A DNA stretch of 61,785 bases, counting the filler, from Sphacelaria rigidula (Eukaryota), in NCBI GenBank assembly GCA_964200075.2. It is 3 parts of 3 records of this genome, joined end to end, with 100 filler letters (N's around TTAATTAATTAA, not from the genome) between each part and the next. Parts side by side here need not be neighbours in the genome. Positions count along the whole stretch, not along the records: positions 20,660 to 41,190 come from CAXNAA020000520.1; 2 more parts are not named here. One strand, 5' to 3'. Of this stretch, positions 25,661 through 37,300 are shown piece after piece (the stretch's first letter is position 1; each line of letters starts with the position of its first letter). The notes below the pieces were generated by a model. That model did not search any database. It was not told where the DNA came from and was given only the letters and a program-made list of their open reading frames with translations. Both the position numbers and the translations under genes were made by a program.

Positions 25661-25685
25661 GGGAGAGAGAGAGAGAGAGAGAGAA
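25626..25685. repeat. (GA)n microsatellite
   Basis: Directly visible. Confidence 0.95.
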
Positions 25686-25739
25686 AGCAGGGGGGGGGAC
25701 ATTTTTGATCGGGAACCCAGTTTTTGTGCGATTGTTACC

Positions 25740-26670
25740 GGCAAATTTCCCACCTCCGAATCATTATCACAGTTTATGTGGGAGCTGCCATTAGAACGAA
25801 TGCAGGGTTCAGACCGCACTTGACCCATTTGCGTGGCTTTGCAGATTTCGGTATGGAGTATGCACCTATCGCTTTCCCCCTTTTTTGTGGGGTGATGTTC
25901 CCAGTAGGACGTGTCCCAGAGTACATTGAGATTCCATCGTCCATACCAGAGTTTCGGGTCGTCCACGAGATGTACATATTGGTGGCCTTGAGGAAAGATG
26001 TTGCATGTCGAACATATTCAATGGATGACAGTGCTGGGGTGACACGCGCTCGGTAGCCAGCCGTGGAACGAAATTTTGTTTGGTGCGCTCGACTGTTGTA
26101 TGCAGTGCAACCAGTTGTTCGCGCACACTAGGCGTTGTTGGTCCTTGACAAATTTGGGAATGCCGCAGCATTTGGCTTCGATTGGATCAGAGGCAACCTT
26201 GGTCCCCCCTTTGCTTTCCATGTCGCTGATACGTCGGACCGGCGGCCAACACCACAGTAGAACGGGATGAGAGTTTGGCGGGTGATACATGTCTAGTCTA
26301 TAGGATCGATTATATGTGCGAAATGTGGGACGTATGAACCCTTTTGTCGCGTTCCAAAGAATGAATGTGGTGTTTTGATTGTGCGCATGAATGCAAGGAA
26401 TTTTTTTGTGATCCCTGAATCGTCGCGAAAAAGATGCGAGATGGATGATGCAAGGCAGCAATGGACAGACTTGCACCGCCTACGCTTCTTCGTGCATTCC
26501 GTTGTTGCTATGTTCGAGCATGTCTTCTCGCCCGTGGCTGCTCGCACGATCTCGTTTGGACTCAAAACGTGACAACGCAACCCCGGTCCGCGATCAGAGA
26601 CAACGTTTTGACACGGTGCGATGATCATCACACCCAAAGTGGAAATAAGTTTTGGTTCCATTGTCAGCAT
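25740..26670 (-). pseudogene. Possible third degenerate gene of the element, function unknown
   Basis: ORFs 26018-26476 and 25598-25966 are in the same frame and separated by a single stop; the upstream ORF 26293-26670 begins with a hydrophobic stretch. Confidence 0.3.
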
Positions 26671-26818
26671 TATACATGCCCGGGTGCACAGGATTGTTGC
26701 TGGAAAGCTTCCAGACCCGCACTGGGTCGCTTCCTGCCTGGCCCTTAACTCGTGTGTATTTCAACGCAATTTTTTCTATTAGTTTTAAGGTCGTTTGATT
26801 CTCACACTGTAACACCAT

Positions 26819-27899
26819 TCAGTTCGTGTGAATGCTACCCCCATTTATACGATGATCCACCCACTGTCTGCAATGGCGGTCTTCAACCCCCTCTACCCTA
26901 ATAAGTGAACTCTTACGCTGCAACGCTGGCGACAAATGACCCATAACTACCCTGGCCCACCCTACCAAATCTAAATCATGTCCTTTGAATATCCGATTGG
27001 AAATCGCGGAATGTAAAGCTTTAAGATCACCAAACACGCGTCGACCACCATCCGTCGGCAAAAGTTTTCTAGCGACAATGTTGACTGACTTGCTGTAACG
27101 TTGATTTGTTTCTGCGGCCGTGAGGCAGGAGGTATCTTTCATGTCGCGCAACCTTTTGACGCCTTCGATGAAGTGGTTGTACTCGACAGCAACAGGACCC
27201 GGGCCAAAGTTCCCATCTGAACCTCTGACTCGTAGGGGCCACGTGTGCTTGGTGAAAAGTCAGCGCTCCCAGCAAGCTCCGCTGGACCCCTCTCAGACAC
27301 AAACGACAACGCACAAGCAAGTTCAAAGTAATTCGGGCGTGGGTATCTGATGATGGACTCCATAGTGTCGATGAGATCGCTCGCATGCACCGTTATTCCA
27401 CGTCCGCACTTTGCTTCCAGGGACTCTTGGCGTTTTATTCTCGGCAAGCTCTTCTCCTCCGGCGTGAGCTCTAACCGGGAGACATAGGGCGGTAGCAAGC
27501 GCACCTTCCTCAGGAGGTCGTCAATATCGGCGAGTCCGGTGAAGGACACCCTCCGCGAGTGTATCGCGCGCCGGGCCGACCACTTTTCGGTAAGGTCTAA
27601 TTTCTCGGATGACACAACGCGATCCCAGGCCGTCTGTAGCTGTTTCAGGTATCCCTTCCGCCCCTTCTTCTTCTCAGCCGCGGACGATTTCTTCTAGATG
27701 AGGGCGAGCAATCGTCGGATTTCGACCTTGACGGGACCTGCATTGTGTCGGGCGCCAAAACTCTACATCCACACTTCCCGAACCCTTCCGACGTTTTGTT
27801 TAAGGAGTCAAGGTGCAGCTTCCTCAGAACATCCCGAACCTCGCGTGGATTCTCGTGTTCTTCCAGCCATTTGGCGCACATCGAGATATTTTGGTCCAT
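26819..27899 (-). pseudogene. Protelomerase / telomere resolvase-like protein (tyrosine-recombinase-related), frameshifted
   Basis: Joined frames read MDQNISMCAKWLE.. / YFELACALSFVSERGPAELAGSADF (cf. ALA.ATGRR..EI...G.F) / VEYNHFIEGVKRLRDMKDTSCLTAAETNQRYSKSVN..RRVFGDLKALHSAISNRIF..WARVVMGHLSPALQ (cf. RV.KD.RAIY....F....ILGH). Motif order, spacing and the ~360-codon length fit the family. Confidence 0.8.
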
Positions 27900-27944
27900 G
27901 TTGAACACTACTAACAACGACACACATTATTTCCTGTATTTTCC

Positions 27945-30900
27945 TCATGATAGGGCTACCTCTCCTCCTTCCTGCTTATTACCTGCCTTGATCTTTATAG
28001 TGCGCCCTCTCCCCAGGCTACCACGAGCGCGCTTGCACCTCGAGCACTTAACGTCCACATTTTCCGCGGTGTGGGGCAAAGAGCAGTCGAGGCGATCTAG
28101 CGTTGGCTGTCGTTCACTGTAAACGGCCCAGGCAAGCTCACAGGAGCAAAGGCTGCGTCTACCTCCGTGAGAGGTCAGGAGCAAAGGCTGCATCTTCAAC
28201 GAGAGCTTCTCTATGCCGTCCACCCTCGTCTGGTCTAAGACGGCCGGCCGTAACGTCCGTGTGGATGTAGCTCGAAACCTTCCTAGAAACCTACCATCGC
28301 CTCATGGCTCTATCTATGCTGCAGATACTGCTGTGCACGTCTTCCATGACTGAAACGTTTGGAGGACCAGTCGCTCGACTTTTCGCCGTGTACAACCAGT
28401 TTATGTCGGCGTGAGGTTGTCGGGCTTGGTGGGTGACCAATCTCCCCTCGACCGTTCGGCCCTGGACGGCGTGTACCGTGCAGGAACCCAGAGGATCAAA
28501 CAAGTTTTCTGCTTCTGCTCGACGGAGTGACGTCTCCTCAAGACTAGCACCATCTTCAAATGCACTCGCGAGGACGATTGTATCTGGCGAGGATCGGATG
28601 ACATTGTACATGTCATTCTTGTGTATCTTGCCCGACTTTCCAAGGTCCCGATATTGTGCGCCGACAACCGTTGTGTGTCCAAGCGAATACCAACCACCGA
28701 GCTCGTTGCACCACAACAAACCTCAGCAGGCATGGAATCGAGCGCAGTCTCCTGTGTAAGCGAGGTGAAAATCTGATGGGCTACGGTGATATGTCGAACA
28801 TCCGCGGCCAAACTTCTCGATGGCTCGTGTCTGTGCCATGTGACGGTCGGCTCCCGCGCCGAGAATGTACAGAAGGCCGTTGTCCACCTCCACCTGTAAT
28901 TCGATAGATTTAATCCGCTCGCGCGCAAAGAAATGGAAGCAGGTGGGGAAGGCCTTTTCGAGGACGACCCTCTTGTCGACATTGTCCCTGCTTGTCGACA
29001 TGCCGCTACTTCCCTCAACCGGTTGGAGCTGGTGCGTGTCGCAGGTCCCAATCACGTGAGCGCCACTGCTGTGGGCAGCGGTCAGGATCATGCTGAGGGT
29101 CCGGAGAGACATCAATGCAGCTTCCTCTATGCTCAGCGCTTCGACATTGAATGTACGTATCGATCCAGCCGTATTTTTCACGTGATAATCCTTATCAACG
29201 AAGAACCCGAGCTGGTGGTCGGCGGTTTTTCCGCTCCATCCAGGGCGCATGTCGGTTAAGGATGTGCGCAGGCCGTTCGTGGGGTTAAGACAATCCCTGT
29301 TTTGAAGATGGCCGTGGCAGCGCGGATAGTGCAGTAACTCTTCCGTGTTCCCCCGTGCTCCCCGGTCACCGCGCAAGCGACCCTTTCCTCCTCGGACATC
29401 AGCGCACGTAAAAGTCGTTGTAGGGTTGCTGGTGACTCCTTCTCGCACACCTCCGGCCAAACCTTTAGTTTTTGGTCTTTGGTTGGAGAACGTTGGGCTC
29501 TGTGGGTGTCATCCATGGATGGGAAGCTTGTACCAATGCCATCCCACAGCGGAACCACACATGGGGTCCGTATCGGTGGGTAGGGAATTTGCCTTAGTGC
29601 GGGCGGTAACGCACTCAGGGATAGTTTGGTTTCGAAGCCACCGGAGACGCGGGTCTCGGAGGAGAGTGGCTTCTTCAATGCTGGTCGAAACTTGAGAGTG
29701 CCGGGAGTATTGAGCTCGCCACTGAACAAATGGCCGAAGCGGAGCCTCATTTTCTCCTGGACTGCGGGAGACCCCTTGAAGACTACCGCGTCGCATTGGT
29801 AGCTAAAGTCTGATGCGCCGCTGGATTCGAGAGCATTCCTTACCTACACGACACGTAGTCGAGTTCGGTCGAGAATGTCTTCACCCAAGGCCCAGAACCC
29901 ATCTCTGAACACAGTTCGTTTCGCTTCGAAGCAAAGGTACGCGTCCCCGGTAGCGACTGATTCGATGCCCAGCTCTCCGTCGCCTGTGCGTAGGTCGGCC
30001 TTCACGCGTTCGACTTCACCGAGGACCGGCACGACCTTTCCACCCATAGCCAAGGCCTCGTCACTGCCTGTAACCATGACAGCATCGATCCTGTTCGCAT
30101 GTCTCTGTTGCAACATGTCACAAGTCCGCACGAATATCCCTTTCCTAAATATGCGAGCGCTTTCGGTGCCTTCCAAGAGGGGATCCCCGAGCTCCCGCGT
30201 GAGCAACTCCCTGACCACGTACGGTATGTGGCATCTTCCGACCGTCCTCGCCGGCCTTACAAAGTGGGTCACTCGGTGGCCAACACGTCTGCGAATCATA
30301 TGAAGATACCGTTTGTGGTTCCGACCAAAGACTGGTGTCACATCAGCGTTAAGAAACACGTCAAGGTCCCCGATATCGTCCAGCCGAACGATGTAAAGCG
30401 TCCAGTCCTCAATGTCGTGGTCATCATACTCCTGCACTTCGTCCATGTGGGCGAATACTGGCACCGTATCCATGCACATCAAAGCCGCGGTGTGTGCCCC
30501 GTTGATGTCACACTGCCAGTCTTCCCGGCCCATACGAAGTCCCCGACACCCCCTCGGCGGCAACGATTCGTCCGCGCCAGCATATCTCGAGAAGGGCGAG
30601 GAGGGACTGGCTGTACTGGCTCGACACTCTAAAGTCCATGACACGACGATAAAACTGCAGACTCAACGCGTTTTGCAGCTCAATCACCCGGGTAGCCTCA
30701 CCGGGCCGGAAATCATTCGAGTCGAGCCCACCCGTGCTTGCGGCGCACCACGTTCGGATAGTGATGCCAAGGGAGGTAAGGAGAGGGAGTCCCAATGGCT
30801 GTAGGTGGTAAGTCTCCCCTGCATGAGATGCCACGACGGTGCAGGTGGAGCATCAATTCGTCGAGAGCAGTTCCCGGAGGCGAAAACCACGTCGTGAATT

Positions 30901-32258
30901 CTGATGCGTCTGTTCCTCGCTTCCGCTTCTGCGCCGATTGCGGGTTGTGACCCTCGTCTGATCGGCTCATGGATATCATCTCATTTTCAATGTCCGCAAC
31001 ACGCAAAAAAGTCCTGCTTCACACCCAGTGGTGTTCGGTTTCTCTTTCTCTTCGACTGCCTCGGCAATCCGACGGAATCTTCGCTGGGTTCTTACACTGT
31101 GCCGATGGCCACGTCCAAGGATGATCCAAACCGGTCCCTCCATGGCCCGTCGAGCTCAAAGCGGTAAACATGTCCCTCACGAACCCCGACATGTAATGCT
31201 GGCGGCCGGAGATTTGTTTTTTCGTCGACTGGCCCAAGAACATCGTCGCCAGAGCCCCTGTGTGACCACATGACGACGTTCGCCTTCGTCATATTTAGTC
31301 AATTCTCGAGGTCTCGCAAAGTGAGCGCGGGCGGTTCACTGACCCCCGCAAGCCACATATCGAACTCTTCGCTCCCCACGTCACGACCAAGAAGCACCGA
31401 ATACAGGTTGCGGAAGTAGTTACCACCATCCAACGCATTCCTCAATGGTTTAGTGGCACCCTCCCTTCGCCGTCCACCACCAGTCGAGATCATGAATGGC
31501 CCCGTTCTAGGGTCGACATCCCTGAAACCAAACCTCCGTCGATCTCGTCTCAAGAGATCGACTTGATTGTCTCGCCAGGCGTCCGCAACGAGTACAGCGA
31601 GGCAAGCACCAGGGAGTCGTTTCTTCCAAGTCATGCCGAACGTGGTCAGATGTTTATATCTCACAACCCTGTTACCAAAGGATGCGATGTTGAGTTGTCT
31701 GAAGCTAGGGCTCGGCGAGTCGATACCGGCGCGGACCTGGAGGTTCGACAAGGAAGCCGGGATGCCTTCATGATCGACCTCGATCCTTCTGCCCGCCGAT
31801 CCCCAGCAGAGGATCGCTCGCCGGGTGTCATCCGCCGCTGAGACTACTAGCTGCCCGCGGCCACCGCCCTCGACGTCAATAAAGGCGGTCTTCCAAGCAT
31901 CGGCGTCTGTCGGGTGGACCAAACCGCGCCGCCACTTCCTTGTTGCACAGGATTGAAAGTTTTCCAGTGATGGATCACCTCCAACGGGATGCGAATCGAA
32001 CCATCTATATCCCGGTCCATGGAACGAGGCCGAGATACGAATCCGGTATCCTGTACCGAAGACCGCGTGGCGACGATACATTACCCCTCGTGGGCCTATG
32101 TAGCGCCACCCGTTACTTCTTTTTGCCAGGGGTTCGGCCTGATTCACTTGCTCCACTTGCTCCACTTGCTCCACGTAGCACCATCTGTGTCCTGGTTGTT
32201 GTGGTGGTGACGGCCTAGTCGACGATGAGGCAAACCTTTTCTTGAGGCGATGCAACAT
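27945..32258 (-). pseudogene. Large fusion gene: N-terminal region, divergent protein-primed family B polymerase-like domain, SF1 (RecD/Pif1-like) helicase, HNH-like domain
   Basis: PolB-like: CDINGAHTAAL..PVF..DEVQEYD..IE..LY (~30400-30515) and YQCDAVVF..GTLKF (~29690-29803). Helicase: Walker A VTGEHGGTRKSY (~29334-29369), LNPTN, IEEAA, GTCDTHQLQPVE, TVHAVQGRT, LYTAKSRA. C-terminal: SYIHTD..AGR..CSC..TLDRLDCSLPHTAENVDVKCSRC. Multiple stops and frameshifts; no introns are needed. Confidence 0.8.
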
Positions 32259-33789
32259 TCCTTGAGTTTTTTGTGTCTATAATTTGAAGAACACAAGATT
32301 TATCCACGGATCGACGCGAATCATCAACCACGGTTTATTTATTTATGACGATTGATTGAATGGTACCTTTGGGAAGTAGGGATATGACCAAAACTATGCT
32401 TCAGTTTTCACCTCCTGTCGCTTGCTTCGTCGCGCAGCCTTCCTTGTGATGCCGCAGTGATGGAGTCTAGACTATTCGATCCAACACACCTGAGCCTGAA
32501 GGAGATCCTGCGATCGGTGTTTTGCCACACCTCCTCCATACCTTTAGCAGTGTGTGGTAACTGCTTGTTGTTGTTGTTGCTGCTGCTGCTGCTGACGTGT
32601 GTTTGTGGTGTGCTTTAGCTGCTGCTGTAGGTTGCAGAACACATGAAACTCCGACACTACTTCGGGCCAATCAACAACAATGATGATGACTAGAGAGCAT
32701 GTGTCGTCGCCATTATCAGTGGGAAACCTGTTTTTTTAAGGGACGATGACTGAGATCCCTTAGCAAACGATACCTGATTCCCGAGATTGAGTGTGACTGG
32801 TGGGATCATCAATCGGGCATCAACGGTCAAGTTGTCAAATTCAAAATTTTGAATCTCACTGATGAAAAAAGTATCCCACGATTGTGGGTGACGGCATCGA
32901 TCGACCACGGACTTTTGGCCGTTCCGTGGAACGTTCCTTTAAAAAATTCGCCGATCAGAAAACTGCGGGCACCCTTTCTATATATATATACAGCCAGCAC
33001 TTGTTCATTAGGTGAACCGCACACCCTGCACGACCGCAAATACAATACTTTGCAGATATAGCAGCAAATACGATTCAGTCAGAAAGGACAAGGTGACCTA
33101 CAAGTCGGCGCTTGATCAGTGGATTGATGTTGTCACAACAGTCAAGAAACTGTCGTTAACGTAAAATTTTACCGGGGACCCCATGAACAAGTCCGATCTG
33201 TGATCGGAGGTCGTCCTGCAGAACTAAAGTTTAGTGGTACGTACCGGCAGGACAACGGAGATGTGCATTTTCCTTTTTTTATCACACTTCGACCCCCCCC
33301 CCCTCCGTTCCTAGGGACGAGTCCGTGATCACAGGGGTCCATCTCATCTCTCCACCTTTACACGCCTCGAATTTTGGTATCGTGGATTGCATCAGCACTC
33401 CCGCACTACCTCGACTTTGTTCAATTGGTTTTCTCTTTGCTACTTACGTCCTCATGTATTCCACGACAGTAAGAGTAAGAGTAACAAGTGAAAAGGTTGA
33501 AAATGGAAAGTGCACGTGCCAGGAAAACGTGCGAAAATGAGGAAGATACTCCTGTTTTCCGTCCTTAAAAACGGCCCTGGCATTACTCTACTGTCTTAGC
33601 TTTCATTCACATTCGCTGGGCAAGTAATTCCATAATCGGCCAAGATAACCTTATTCAGGAGGCAGCTTTGTGCGGCTGGATGATTCAGACCATGATACTC
33701 AGTCATGATATTTCTCCTGCTTCAACACCGATGAATTCAAAACTGGGCAGTACACTGCACTGTCCTGTCCGCTGTATAGGGTACAGTAG

Positions 33790-34313
33790 CTCACCTGAAT
33801 GATCACTGTCGGGGTAGCTGGAGTCCGAGTCGATGTCCCCCACTTCCACGCCGTACTTGGCCGCAAGCCCAGCTGGATCATATTCTAGCTGTCATGGGAG
33901 CATTTCGGAGTGTTGTTGAATAGTTTATGAATAAATACAATCTCGTTCCTGAAAACATCCGGCCAATCGCTAGACGGATGGTCATGTGTTTTGTCACTGA
34001 ACGACACACGTGTTTTTGAGGTGCGCGGACGCGTCACGGACGTCTGTGCGCCAGAGTGGGACCGCCACGGAGAATCGCCGGACTGGCGCGTCGCCTGTAC
34101 GCCAAAACGTCCAGTTAATGACTTCTGATGTTCCATTCAGTAGAGGTGACTGGGTGTGCATTGGTAGAGCTTCAATCAGCACCCGATGAGAAAGTATGTG
34201 CTCTGCTTGCTGGTGGACACGTAGGACCGAAGACGCGAATGCCATTATACACACCAAGGCAATTATACACACCAAGGCAAAAACCAAGGACGTTTCAACC
34301 ACACACATATTTC
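33790..34313 (-). pseudogene. Degenerate first-exon-like segment of a type II membrane protein
   Basis: MCVVETSLVFALVCIIALVCIMAFASS is a hydrophobic anchor; the frame breaks downstream; donor-like cag|gtgag near 33790. Confidence 0.25.
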
Positions 34314-37300
34314 TGGCGACGTGCCGTGGTGGACTCTTACTGGCTTGGTGCGTTTGTGGTGTGTCTATGGATGCTGTGCCTTTGAATTGGTTGAACAAGC
34401 GCGACGCCCTTTCTGCAAGGAAGATCTCAACCAAGGAAGATCTCAACCTATTACATTCTTACTCACGAGAACGCATGATACATCTCGACCATCATACTAT
34501 CTGTAATAAGATATTTGGGACTGTTCCCCACGTGATTTTGCCATGACGCCCGAAAATATCTCTTACAACTGTGCACAACAACAGTGCAGTTACGAAGTAC
34601 TGCATTATACAGGACTGACACTAAACGACTGCGATGCCTGCTCTCGCCAGGTCAAAACTGCGCGAGGCCAACCTGCACCACCATACACTGCGGGTACTAA
34701 ACGACAACAGCATATTGTCTTCACTGTGCCGCATATTATTAGAAGCGAATCAGATTTGTCAGTGAACGTACCCCTTCTCCCAACTTTTTCTCCACAAGGC
34801 CATCTGGCCTATGCTCGTTCTCGTCCAATGCAAAGTCCATGAAGCCCGTAGGTCCGACGGGCTGATTCTACGATATTCCAGAAATATGAGGTGTAGGATC
34901 CACCGCCGAGGATGACCAAACAGCTGTACCACTGGACGTCCGTTCAGTACGAAACTATCGACATGCGGCGGCCCGTCAAACGCGGTTCTTGATACCGAGA
35001 GTCAGGTTTCTAGCGAGATATTTCCCACGCGGAATGGTTCGGGAGTGTAGGCTGCCGGATCTCGATTCTGGACAGGAAAATCTTGTCGCTGACGATGGTC
35101 GGGGGTGGTATTTGGTACTACACTCACTCGCTCACTGGATCTCATCACGACAAAGCAGCCTCCTCAAGTATTATACTGTTTCGTGCCCTGAATACCTTTG
35201 AGTGAATTGAATAGCAACACAGTTCTGAAATTACCTCGAGAGATCAGCTGATGTCACACATATGACATCTATGTCGCATACGATATACTACAGCACCACG
35301 GCATGAGAGAGGACAGGAAGGTGGAACTAGCCGGCAGGGTGTGGTTCAGGAGGATAGAAGATATCTGCGCATGATTGTGACGCGTCAAGTGATGAAGCTG
35401 AAAATATGGTTTCGAATACTGCTCTCTGTACTAGTGATGCATAAGCCCCAAGCAGAGGAGTGCTGTCGCAGCACCACTGGCTTTGAGCTGGAATACTCTT
35501 GTGTTTTTTCCTTGACTGCATCCGTGATTTCTTGTCGTATAACCTCATATTAGATCTAAACCATGGTATTGCCTACCGTGGATGGGTACTCGGCATTCAG
35601 TTACGCCACGCGTCAAGTTTGGAGTCTTTACACTTCTACACTAAAATCGAGTAATTCAAATTTGGGCAAACGGGACGTACTCATGAAATCAATGTGATTA
35701 TGAAAAATATGTTTTTAGGGGTCGCATAAAAATTAGGATCATTTCCATCATAAGAACGAAGACGTATCGGAGGCAAGAGCGAGGACACGAGTTTAGCTGG
35801 ACTGGGCTAGCAGAGGAAATTGATTGGTTGCATTCCTCCCGGACTATATAAAAGAGGGAAAGGTGCACAGGAGAGGGGGCGGGGGGAGGGGGTCATCGTT
35901 GAACAAGCACAAGGTACGTACGGTTTATACACGAACTCCAGGGTGTCGGATAGCGTTCTTTCCCCCCGAGAAACACTGCTGTGCTGTACTACTCATCATT
36001 ATACTCTATCGTAGTGCAGAGGGACTGCAATATCAACAACACCTTCGCCGATGACGCAATGAGAAAAGGCAGCTGACTTTTCGTGCAGTGAGTGGGTGCG
36101 CCTTGCTTGCCCCATGCGATATGGATTTGGGTTTGGGGTTGTGGTGTCACTGAAACCTCACCTGTACTTGAGCGCCGACTTCAGCGGTTTGTCACTGATT
36201 ACTCGTCTGCACTACTGTACTGTAATTCTTTCTATTCAAAATGTGCATCCATCATCTTGCTTCCTGTTGCTGGATGTGCGAAAAAAAAATGGAATTTATG
36301 TTTTTTGGGAACACACGTCGGATAAATCTCGGTAACATCAGTGGATTCTGGCGGGGCCCCCAATACTTCGTCTGGCAGGGCCCCCATTACTTCATCTGAA
36401 CCCATTTCGCTCAAGACAGATACTCGTCGTTGTTTGGTTTGCAGGGGTACATACAGTGCTCGTGGCATAATTGACCCCGCATCGTTTTTTTCTCCTTGTG
36501 TTCATTGACCCGTTCGCCCATATTTCGTCTCTTCTCATTCAGTATTCAAGACATGACAATGATGCCAGAAATGTCGTGTTTTTTAATTGTGAGCTGGGAG
36601 CAGCCTGATCAACCTGACTGTACCCGACTTTGAACCCTCCACGTCTCGTTTGTTCAAATCCGCGCCTAGGCGGGGAAAATAAAGTTTTTTTTGTCCCACC
36701 TCTGACCCCGCCATCGAGAGTTCAAGACGAAACATGCGCATGCCGGTAATACATGAGCAAGGGCCATTGGGACCAGGGTTATTTCCTGTTGGTGGGGTTG
36801 TGTTCACGAGATGAACCGGGCTGCACATTTCATGATGGTGCAGTACAGGAAAAGTGGTCGTGGAATGGCTTTTGGCCGTTACGCCCAACGTTTCAGCGCG
36901 TCGGCAGGTGGCAGATTGGACTGTCGTTTCTAGGGGATGCATGTTGTCCCTCTCTGGTCGATTCTCTCGGCCCTTTTTCCTCATGTTTCTCATTCGGGTA
37001 TGCAGAGTTTGTTCGCTGACAACTATAACTCGATTACACTTTTGCGCCCGATGGACTTGCATGAGGTAAGGAGCCGCACTGAGAACATAGGGCAGACATG
37101 GTATAGGAACAGACGGTAGGCAACGGATGATTTGCTCATGTTGTCCGTTTTGGCATCATCAATCACGTGCGTAGTCCAATAGCTCGAAGCACAAGACGTG
37201 AAGCACAACAAACCTGGGATATCATACACGCTTGCGAAGGAGAACGCCGTCTTAGCAGATGTGTTACTGTACTGTCTGTGTACATTCATTACGATGATCA

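Larger units (their letters stand above)
25700..32330 (-). mobile_element. Decayed endogenous virus- or plasmid-like element: pPolB-like/SF1 helicase/HNH fusion gene plus protelomerase-like gene (boundaries approximate)
   Basis: Intronless, co-oriented, tightly packed minus-strand genes carrying the motifs listed in the next entries; flanked by host-type microsatellites at ~25650 and ~32580. Confidence 0.75.

Noticed and set aside
27945-32258. Helitron interpretation of the SF1 helicase
   Set aside because: No HUH/Y2 Rep motifs were seen upstream; the upstream region has PolB-like motifs instead
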